DNA from: Pelomyxa schiedti
Lineage: Eukaryota; Protista; Evosea
NCBI GenBank assembly: GCA_020536535.1
Contig: JAHLWZ010000146.1
Coordinates: 1-48,872, forward strand
Direction of reading: 5' to 3'
Length of the DNA stretch: 48,872 bases
Shown: positions 1 to 10,088 of the stretch, in pieces
How the letters are laid out: each line of letters opens with the position of its first letter
Position numbering within the stretch: the first letter of the stretch is position 1
Program-made: the position numbers and the translations under genes
Notes under the pieces: model-generated
The model's input: the letters and a program-made list of their open reading frames with translations, nothing else
Databases searched by the model: none
Told to the model about the DNA's origin: nothing

Positions 1-555
1 TACGCGGGGCAGGTTTTGTTGCCGATTTAGTGGTGGTATGTACTGTAGAAGATGGCGCCGAGTGTTGAACTGATGGTGTGGGGACATGAGCTGAGGGAGA
101 AGAACGAATTGTCTGAGCGGGAGCGGAAGTAGAACTATAATAGGATGAAGTCTCGGCCTCGAAGAGGAACGAATACTTGAATGACGAATTCGTTTGGGTC
201 ACCGAAGGAGTTACATGGGTGCTTACTCTGGATTCTTCAGAGAAGGGTTGTCTATTCTCACCTGTCAATTGAGGTGTGAGAGTGTCGTCTTTGGGAACTG
301 AAAAAAGTGAGCTGGAGTACGGTGAGTATGTTGTTGCTGGTGATTTCTGCGCCGATTCTTTCTTTGTTTCGACTTCGTGAATGGCTGTCGTAACCAATCT
401 TTGGATCGCTGGTGGTTCAGTTGAAGTGGGTTTTGGGGGAGATACACTTGCAGGTTTTTTCTTAATTTCCTCCCTTTTTGGTTCAGTGCGTTTTACAGGG
501 GGCGGCGGAATGTATGGTTCATAACCATCAAACAAATCAAATCCCCCAAGATCAC
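1..555 (-). repeat. Alternate-allele copy of part of the PARP4-like gene (matches 33173-33718); mis-scaffolded assembly bubble
   Basis: Near-identical to 33173-33718 with scattered SNPs and two in-frame indels (+3 and +6 nt). The first difference is at base 122 and the last at base 434, leaving exactly 121 identical nt at each end. Confidence 0.9.
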
Positions 556-655
556 NNNNNNNNNNNNNNNNNNNNNNNNNNNNNNNNNNNNNNNNNNNNN
601 NNNNNNNNNNNNNNNNNNNNNNNNNNNNNNNNNNNNNNNNNNNNNNNNNNNNNNN
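556..655. other. Assembly gap (100 N)
   Basis: Run of N. Confidence 1.
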
Positions 656-879
656 GGAAAAGTAGGTAAAATCATCTCCTCTTGTGGTTTCTGACGTGAT
701 TGACTTTTACTGTCAGGTGCTGTTGGAAAACCCAGAGAACCTAACTTTGTTGACTACTTTTTCAGAACCAGAGAATGCTGGGCTGCAATATTGTGAGGTA
801 AAGAAAGTTATTGTGTTGAAATGGATAACTTGTTGAGGAAGTTCTCAGCAAATGTAGTTTTGTGCACCTTAAGGATAGG

Positions 880-1700
880 AATAAAGCTTGACATATTTGC
901 CCGTGTTGTGTGACATTGGTACCCAACTTCATGCATGTTGCAACAATAAACCTATCACCTAGGTGGTAAAAATGTAGACCAAGCTCTGGATACCTTGCAG
1001 TGCTTTAATATTAATCCATCCCAATGGATTGATGGAGGCCAGTTTACCCATAGCTGTCCATTAACATATTCCCAGTCACAGTCCCTTGCGAGCAAACAGA
1101 AACACTTTGCGCACCTGAGTCCGTGATGTTGCATCCTGTCTGGATTTGTTTCTGTTGAGGCGGAAGCTTCATCAGCAAAGGCTGCCGTGCTGAGAGATTC
1201 AGAAGATGATGGTTTCACAAACCCTGTGTCTGCAAGGAAGGAGCCAGTTGTTGTAGGGCCTCGCAGGAAATGCCTAAAAGAGAAGTTCAAAACCTCTGTC
1301 CTAACGGATTTTTGCAAACACAGTGAAGAAATTCTAAGTCACATGATATATACACTGTAGCTGTGGTCAACTGGACTTGGTTTGTGGTTCCACATTCAGC
1401 GATCCAAACACCAGACACACCCCGACTCTTCTTGCTACTGGGTTCTACTGTGATTTCAAGGGGAATCTGAGATATGCATTACTTGGGCCATGCCTGTACC
1501 AGGTATACATACATAAGGTTCGGCACTAGTGTTGCCTTGGAGATCTTGTGCTGCGAAGCCCAAACCGTCATTGACAGCTGCAGTAGGTAGCAGGAAAGTC
1601 ATTAGTACTGTAGTAATTGCAAGTGCAATCAACGAACACTCAATGGAGCAGACTTCAGAATAATCTGGTGTAGGTGTAACGTCTGTATTTGTCTCCTTAT
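880..1700 (-). CDS. Hypothetical spliced protein with Cys-rich, possibly Zn-binding segment; boundaries uncertain
   Basis: ORF 955-1317 (LRCAKCFCLLARDCD...LWVNW) and neighbouring exon-like segments (YCCNMHEVG; SQIPLEITVEPSSKK) with plausible GT..AG ends. No family confidently recognised. Confidence 0.3.
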
Positions 1701-2119
1701 CTTAGGTGGGGTGTTGTCAAGGGGAAACAACGTAAAAGAATGAGATTACGAACTGCGCAACATTGTGACAGTGGCAGCAGCTTGCCTTCTTCGCTTTCTA
1801 TTTGCTTTCTGCGAGTATTATTGCGATCTACAAAGCGTGCATAGGCCACCAACCTTTCGGTCTTTTTTTCTTTGTGTGGTTTCTTGTGCGGACCTCATTT
1901 ACCTCTGGTTGTCCCACAGGGTTTCCTGGACAGTTATGGCTACGGGGTGACAAACGTTGGTACTTTTTCCTAGTACAACATTTCTATTTCTTTTTCTATT
2001 TCTAACGGTGCAAGGATTTTCGCTGCACGCCAATCGTTGGACCAACGGTAGTCTACCCGCCAACGTGCCATAGCCTTCTCTCCAATAATACAGATCACAT
2101 CGCTGGTCAATCACAAATT

Positions 2120-2980
2120 TTGGAATCTTTCCTGCCATGTCTGCGACACGCTGCTCCTCTGAGCTGTCGTACCTTACTGCTCGGTTTGCTCGTAGACGAA
2201 CAAATTAAGCTGTACGAAGACCACCTATTGTCTGTGGAACAGCGCCTGAATCCGCCCGACAGCCGCGATCGCCCATCCGCGCAACTGGAGATCGCTTTGA
2301 GGAACGAGCACGCTGCGGTATTCAACGCGACTTATGCCTTGCACTCCGAACTGGCTGAAGTAAGACACGAGATCTCTATGGTACGAATGGGTACAGGAGA
2401 AATGAAGACTACACAACGTCAGTCGGTGATCACCACGACTTCGTGAAGTAACCAAATTCTCTCATTACAGCAAAAAAAAAGACCCATATTTCTTCCGTCA
2501 CATGGCACGTTCCAATCCTCACCAAGTTGTGGAAGATATCGATAAGAATTTGCATATTCAGATGACTTCGTCCACAGAAATTGTCTTGAGTCCATGGTGC
2601 ATACTTTCTCTGATGAGGTCCTTGAGAAACCACGATATATCCCCACATCCAAAAAAGGTTGTTCTTCTTCTGGATTTGCATGGCACAATGGTGTACATTG
2701 AGTGACCCACCCCTCACTTGACTTGGCTCCAAGTGCTGAATCTGTGGGACGAGCGCTTGTTGATTTCCTGGTTCCTCTGGACGATGGACGTGTCAAGGTG
2801 GTTCATTGGCGGAATGCCACCTTCAATCTGCTACTTCTTCTGCTATGGTGTTCATTGGAGGATACATTGTGTTATTCTCAAAGGAATGTGAAGGTATTTT
2901 TTACAGGAAAAGAAATCGAAAAATCGAATTTCACGCCAGAATTGAACTGGAAATTAATGATAAGGTCTATCACCAGGTAG
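2120..2980 (+). CDS. Hypothetical protein with helical segment and possible degenerate HAD/FCP1-like motif; may be a fragment
   Basis: Consecutive ORFs 2120-2446, 2502-2705 (KKVVLLLDLHGTMVY, resembling HAD motif I DxDxT with D>H) and 2702-2980. Confidence 0.25.
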
Positions 2981-5900
2981 TCTGGCCACGGCGGTGTACA
3001 ACAATGAAGAAGTACTCTGTGGTGTCCTTGACTCCATCTTCCATTACTGTGAAACCTACACTCCTGAATTCCGCAAGAAGTATGCCGCTAGCGCCACCTA
3101 ATTGCATGGCGTCGTACCAGCTCCATCGGCTTTTCTCGTCAGACACGAAGATATATCCAGTGGGCTTGCATATTCTCACGGCCTCTTTTATGGCTTCCTG
3201 AACGAATTCCGGCCTGGCTCCACCCCAGCCCAGTGACATGCAGAACACAACAATGTCGAAGGAATGTTCCTGGGCTCCAGTGGTTCTAAAGTCACACTGC
3301 ACTATCGGGTAATCAGTGGGTTCCTCAGCATACAGTGCGTGGTCATAATTGGTAACCTTCCCCATGATTAGTTGTTGGTAGTATTTGAGTAAAGTCAATG
3401 AACCTGTATTTGAGGGTTTGTGTCCAGGTATCTTGCCAGTGCGCAGGTTCCGCAGCCCATGTCCGCAACCTTACATGAAGTCGGACCAGACAGGGAACGA
3501 ATGAATTTGGCCGCTCGTGCTGATGGAATTACTTCATCGGGGGGTTGTCCTGGTCTCAACACTGTACGAAAATTCTCGTCTTGAAGCTTATGTAAGTCCC
3601 TCCACTCATCAAGTGTCTTTCGGTCATTTGACAATTTCAGATGGAGTTTCTTGGGATCCATGGTTGTCAAGCGCTGAAGAAGGGTATGAAGTTTCTCTTC
3701 GTTCTTGTCAATAGGTGGAAGATTAAAATGTTGCACAAGGAGTTCAATGAAGCAAAGGTAAGCCCCGGTCTTGCCAATATGTGGTTCAGCGGCAATCACA
3801 AATCGCTGCTTCAGTTTGGATGCCAAAATTGAGGTGTTTTCCAGTTTCCACAGGTTCCTGTCAGATTGCTCCCAGATAAAATCGGGGTGGAAAAACCCAG
3901 CAAGTGATTCCGGTTGTGGCTGGTCAGATCCCTTCAACAGTAAAGGTGAGCTCTAGAAGGCAAAAAACCAAAAAAGCGGGTTACACACTTGCTCTGGTCT
4001 GTCAGTCTTCTTCAGGCAACGGTCCAGTTGACCATCCGAATCCCTGAGGGCCGCAACCGGATTTTCTGCATATTTGTATGCAGTTGGATTGAGAAGCACG
4101 CGCACACACTGTGAAGCTGGTGTATCAGCCTTGCACCACTTGAATGCACGTCCAATATCCTGCATAAAAGCTGCAAATGCGAACTTTTTTGACTGGTAAC
4201 GCGCCCTAAGGTCAAACAGCTTGAGGTGGCTTGGCATTGTGTCTCCCATTCGCGCCTTGTTGAGAGAAAATCAAAGTGAAGTTAACTCAAGTTACACATT
4301 GTCACAATTGGTAACCTTCTCAACCAGAACAAGTAAGAAAGGGAGTCCCTCAAAATCCTGGTAACTTTTGACCACAGCGTTGTTCGTCTGTTGTAATTCT
4401 GCGAGTTTTGAAGCGCAACTCTTACTGACCAACGTTTTGGAGCAGATGTCACCCCCCGAGCCAATTGCGTTATGAACACAGAAGAACCTGTCTTCTTTCA
4501 TTCCAACCAGGAGCCGTGAGATAATCTCGCCATAATAACGCGATAGTCTACTCGGGAGCCGCACAGCCACCATGCCCCCATGTTTAAGCCATCTAACTGC
4601 CTCCAGTGTATAGGGACAATCTACTATCTGAATCCATCTTGCATCTGGAACTGCTTCACCATACTGTGGAACGAGTCTTAGTTCAATTAGAAATAAATCG
4701 TACCCTACCTCTTCACAATGCCGCTTGATGAACGCTGCGGCATAGGCCATTAGGCTCACGAAAGTGGTCCAGTCACCGGAGTCCATAAGTTTGCTATATG
4801 TTGATGTACTATCATCAGGATCATTTGGAAAAAGCTCCTTGCAAAGTTCCTGGCAGGTCCCTGGGGAAATCAAGTCACTTTTCAAGATGCATTGAAGATC
4901 CATCAGTTTTCGGCGGCCCATGTACTCCATTCCAGTTTCAGGTGTTGCCGTTGTCATCCACCCGTGCACGTGCTTCTCAAGCAACCCAGCGATATTTGAG
5001 AATGATTGCTTCAGCAGTTCAATCTGGTTCCACGCTGTGGCTGATATCTGAAGTGTCAGCATATTGGAGCCTGGAGTCACAAGGGCCTTCCTGAGGATGG
5101 AACTAATGCGACCCAATTTCCTATCACCAGGCTTCCTTGCTCCCCAATGGCACTCATCATATATGATGACAAAGAAATGATCGGGAAGGGACTTGCACTT
5201 TGCAGCTTTCTCAAAGAATGCCTTTGTCTTCTTTTTGCTCTTATGATAATTGTTACCCTTGACAACACAGATGCGGAGATTTCTCTTCCCAAACTCACTG
5301 GCGATGTGTTTCTCAAAGCTCTCCACTCTTTGGTTGGTCTCGTTGTACAGTGAGTTTTGTGGAGGTACCAAAATCAGGACGTCCAAGCTACGGCATGAGT
5401 TGGGGAATTCGTTCCAGTTCTCCTTGACCCTCTTGAAAAAGAGATTGGCCTCTGCCATCTGTGCTGGGAATACTTCGTACATGGAAGGTGTGCTCAAGGG
5501 TTGTGTGCCGTGGTGTGGTTTTGATTTGATATCACGCATGTCTACTGGGGGAAGGACCTCTCCATATTTACTAAGGGATCGTAACGCCTCTCTTACACGG
5601 TTGATGACAGTGTCTATTTCACTTTGACTGAGGGTTTTTTTTGTTGTTTCCAGCTATTAAAATTCGCATAAAAGACAGCAAACACAGAGAGGAGATGGTA
5701 AAAGTTAGGAAGAGCTTCCTTGTTTTTTTTTTTACCTTCGAAATGTTTCTTATATGTCCCGCGTGTAGCTGCTGGGCGGGGAAGTCAACTCCACAATGGC
5801 GACATCGCCAAAGCGTATGTCCTTCATGTTTCTGTTCTTTCTGGTGTCTTCGAAGGGACGGACGGTCCTCAAGTACGACTCTACAGACAGAACAGACGAA

Positions 5901-6689
5901 GGCGGCACTTGTCCACGGTATCGTGTTGGAGGTGAGGGTAGTTTGTTGTGGTGCTTGCAACGCCTGAGAAGCTGCGCTTGAGTGCGAATCATTTGTGACT
6001 GTTGGTTGCGGTGGCTGTGTTTGTGGAACCGGCTTTTTGTGTTCACTGTTGACATGAGCGGTAAACTTCTTTCTTTCGCTGTCTTGGAACGCAACCTTGG
6101 GCCCGCAGATGGGGCAGATCCAGATTTTCGACTTGTGCGGGCATTGATGCGCGGCCCACTTGGCGTTGTCGACCCGCTTTTTGCACACGCCGCAAGCGAG
6201 AACGGAGCTTATCCTCGGACCTCGAGCTGGAGTGCCGACCATATGCGTGCTGTCTGGGGACAATGGCGCAGCAGGGAGATTATCAGGCGGTGGTGGTGGA
6301 ACAGCGGCGGCAGGACCGCGCTTCGGCGCGGGCGCAGCGACTTGGGAGTCACCGCCAAGAGAGACGGCGGAGCGTTTCTGGGGCAGTGTGGCGTCGTCTT
6401 GGCTTGGAGGGATCGCTGGGGAGGACCTCCTGCGGTGGCGATGGTGATGGTGGCGACGGCTGTAGTCGGCGTCTGCTGCTGATGGAATATCGGGATCCCT
6501 AGCAACCTCCGCACTTGTACTCGTTGTAGTAGTTGTGGTTGTGGTTGTGTTTGTGGTTGGTGTGGCGGTTGCAGATGGGGTTGAGCTCGGGCTCGGATGG
6601 ATATCCGGGGGAAGGACGGGTTGGATGGTACGATCAGAAGGCGGAAACGATAGCGATGGTGGTGGGGTGCGTCCTGCCATGAGATGCAT
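2970..6689 (-). CDS. C2H2 zinc finger + circularly permuted SF2 helicase (GREB1-like) + Rrp8/NML-like class I SAM methyltransferase fusion, ~1160 aa
   Basis: Exons 6689(or further 5')-5736, 5653-4316, 4255-3989, 3952-3404 and 3356-2970 are joined in frame by four phase-0 GT-AG introns. Motifs in order: four CxxC..H fingers; LILVPPQNSLY (Ia); IIYDECH (II); ISAT (III); EKARMGDT (V); QDIGR (VI); then AAEPHIGKT (Walker A); then VADMGCG, FDIVVFCMSL and EAVRICKPTG (methyltransferase). Start codon uncertain. Confidence 0.8.
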
Positions 6690-8094
6690 GGCCTTGGTTG
6701 CCCACGACCAACACCCCACGGGAACTGTATGGATCTGAAAAGTTGCTTGACTGTTTTTTGGGCCCCAAGAGTTGTTCCGAGTTGCTTTCGAACTGAGTGA
6801 TTGTGGAACCAGCTGAGGGTCCAAAAGACCCCGAATATCAAGGTGTGGAGCCACACTGGCCCATCATGGGTTGAATTCTGGAGAGAAGTAGAAGTTCCAG
6901 AACCATCATACAAGTGGAGGTTGTGTTCTCAATGGGGACACTGGGTTGCAGTAAGGTGTTCTGCAGGATTCTGCTGGCCGTTTCAGTGTCACATTTGGTC
7001 ACTTGTGAAACCCCTACAACAGGCAAAAAAAAAGGTTTTCCATTCAATTTTCCACACTCCTCTTTCTTGGTGTTGGAGATGGTGTCTGGGATGTAATGGC
7101 CACACATTGGGTTTCTTCAGAGTGGGGCCTGCTTGAACATTTGCAGTACAATTGATTGATACTGGCCACCAAGTTAGTCAGCCAAACAACAATTACTCAC
7201 ACACCTGATCAATTAAGCACTTGCCAACCCAGTCAGGCTTCATCCAGCTTACTCCTTTTCAGAAATGCCTTTTTTGTGGGTTTTAGGGGATGAAACTTGC
7301 AAGTTTCAATAAGTTTGGGTTTTTGTTGGCTCAGAAGAACACTGTTGGCTGTTGGTGGGTTTTATGTGGTTTAGCATGGAATTGTCAAAGGGGGAACATC
7401 ACCACCCAAGAGTGTAAAGGAAATATCTGTCCCTAAGGGAAAGGAAACTGCACAATAACAAGAGTGCAGGTAGCCAGGAGCTCCTTGGGAACTTTGAGAA
7501 GTAGTTGATTCAGATCATATTTTCTTGTCTGAGAGGACTGACATCTTGCTGATCTGTGAACTAGACAATAAGGGCACTTTCTGGTACCTTGTGTGAGCAA
7601 TGAAATCGAGTATGATAGCAAAAATCTCTCTGTCACTCTCAGAAAGCATGAAAAACAGAATAGGAATCCTTTGCCAGGCATTCTTTCAAGGACAAGTGAG
7701 AGGCACAAGGGCATGTGTGAATCAATCACACATGACTTGTATTGTGGATTGAGTGAATTGCAAAACAACCACACACAGCACATATGACGTAAGGCAGTTA
7801 AGACATTATATGAATGGACCAGGAGTAGAAAGAAAACAGATTGGCTGAAAGAGCAAAAAAATCTGAACACTGTGCTCCATTCACAAAAGGTACAGCCAGT
7901 TGCTTCAACAGAACCAGAAGAAAAGTAAGGCCAGCCACCATACAAGAGGACCTTGTTGCCCTGGAGTGAGTTCGAGCTGCACAACAGAGAGTCAAGCATA
8001 GTGGAAGACTTCAGCTGTGAGGAGACACTGCAAGGCACGGGAAAAAAAAAGGAATCTGTATGCCAGAGAGGCATCCACACAGTGCTTTTCTGTG

Positions 8095-8262
8095 GTTTGA
8101 CACCACTTTTCATCCCATCACTGAGTTCAGTGTTGTGCATGTTTCACCTCGTTTTTCACCTTGACACCACACACTTCTCGGATTTTTTCCGGACCGCACC
8201 GGCCGAACCATCACCAGTTTAAAGTTTGACACCACTTTTAACGAATCCCCAGTTTTGACACC
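8095..8262. repeat. Cluster of short direct repeats (TTGACACC x4; exact 16-mer GTTTGACACCACTTTT x2)
   Basis: TTGACACC at 8097, 8161, 8226 and 8255; 16-mer at 8095-8110 and 8224-8239. Confidence 0.7.
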
Positions 8263-8638
8263 TGTCTTGGGTTTTTTCATGACAATAGACCCACCACTCA
8301 CTGGCATGGTGTCTGTTGTTTGTCACTGCTGCCTGGGACCCAGGTCTGCTTTCAGAGAAGGACAGCGGAGCCTGATGAAGTCACGTCCTGTGAGTCTTGC
8401 CTGTGCTTGTTCCTTTCTGTCTTGGTTTCACCACACATGCAACATGGGTCCCCTCCAAAAGCTGTACCTTGAAAGTACAGGAAAAAACCCACTGGAGAAA
8501 AGTGATGTGGTTTGAGTATTTTGTTTTGCCCTTTAGGAAGGAAGACCACAGCCAGTAAAGGCCAGGTGTTAAATGGTTTACAGTTTGTTTGGTAAAGGTG
8601 AAGTGATAGTAGGTAGGTGCTGCGGTTGTGGTGGATGT

Positions 8639-9833
8639 CTAGTGCTTCCCCTTTTGTGCTTGTGGTTGATCGGAAAGGGATCTGCCATCACAAGCAACAA
8701 TTTTTACCTTAGATGAAACAATTGGTGTTATGATGGGATGGGGAAGTCGTTAGGAATTGTACCTTATCATTGCATTCCAGAACCTCATTGCCTGTTTTGA
8801 AAACAGGTTTATCAAGAATCCATGTCCATACATTATCGCACCCTCTATAGGTTTGGAGATGGCCCTATATTTCAAGGTAATTATAATGATAACAAATATT
8901 AGGAAGTAAGTACATTGAAGGTGAGCTTGGTCTGAACTTGATTCCTTAATGCCTGTGCAACAGACTGTTCTAAAGTTAGAACTTAGGAAACTTAAGAAAA
9001 GGGAGTTATGGTGGTGTGACTAAAATAGCATTTAAAAAAGTGACCTTGTCGAATTGAGTCAAAATTTTTTCCCTAAGTGAGATAGGGATTTGTCCGCCAC
9101 TTGATAAGTCATCCAAGGTATCCGTTAGGGCCGTTCCCAGTGAAGACTTCCGGTAAAATGTGTACATCCCAGCCCTCCCACTGTTGACCATTGTAGGAGA
9201 TGGTGGTGGTAAGCTCGGAACAGGTGATTGAATTGGAGAAGGTATTGGCGATGCCACTGGTGTGTAGTGCAACATCCCACCTCCAGGTGATGATGGACTT
9301 CCGGGGTTGTTTGGCATACTCATGTACATGTGGCCTGGTGGAGGGCTTGTTACGTACGGTGACGCCGAGGCACCCGGGTGCCGAAGTGCCTGTCCAGTGT
9401 GGTACGCCAAGTTGTGGTGTTGCATTTGTTGCAGCTGCATTTGCCGGGACATGATAATTTGCTGGGGGATACGAGACTGGGGAGGTAGCATCATTCCGCC
9501 CATGCTCATGCCCATTCCCATTGGCATTCCCGGTCCAACACCCATTCCCATCCCGTGGTGCGTTATTACATTGGGCACAACAAGAGGCGGTGACGAGGCG
9601 CCGGACGAGAGTGCTGCAGCAGACGGCGACGGCGAAGGAGGCGGAGAAGACGACGTAGTAGAAACGGAGCTGTACTGGGGCGAAGGAGTAGCGGGCGGGC
9701 TCGGGTTCCCGTTGTTGTTACTAACGCTAGTTGTGGTCGATGTGTTCGCCGTGGACGTAGATGCAGTCGGACTTGTGCTTCCTTGTGGATTCCCATTCGC
9801 ATTCTGCGGCTGTGTCGCAGCGTACGAGGCCAT
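8639..9833 (-). CDS. GTF2A2: Transcription factor IIA gamma (small) subunit with long low-complexity N-terminal extension
   Basis: [17 protein letters not shown]...ILTQFDK | SVAQAL...KLTF | [17 protein letters not shown] | VKIVACD across four exons; TAG at 8639-8641. Confidence 0.9.
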
Positions 9834-10088
9834 TCGGTGTTGGTAATCAATAATAAAAACAAAGAATGAAGGAAAGATAGCAACTAGGAGAGGAAAACTG
9901 ATCGCAGGGGATTACTGCCAAACCAGAGACAGATTCTGATCCAGGGTGTTTCTGCGCTGGTTGACAAGCGAAGTAAAACCCCGGACACTTCAGAATCCAA
10001 GTGTCCAGGTGAGCTACTTACCATTTAATTAAAACAAACCAAAACTCTTTGGAGGGTGATTGCTGGTCACTCGCGGCGAAAGATCAAG
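9834..10088. promoter_or_regulatory. Probable bidirectional promoter between TFIIA gamma and GCN2
   Basis: About 255 bp between two divergently oriented start codons; no specific element verified. Confidence 0.45.

Noticed and set aside
1-555. Apparent real segmental duplication of the PARP4-like exon
   Set aside because: Exact 121-nt identical ends and an adjacent N gap indicate an allelic assembly bubble.
5641-6738. Multiple plus-strand ORFs over the ZnF exon (likewise 9200-9846, 28269-28862, 46370-46759, 47957-48444)
   Set aside because: Shadow ORFs typical of GC-rich low-complexity exons; no domain signatures.
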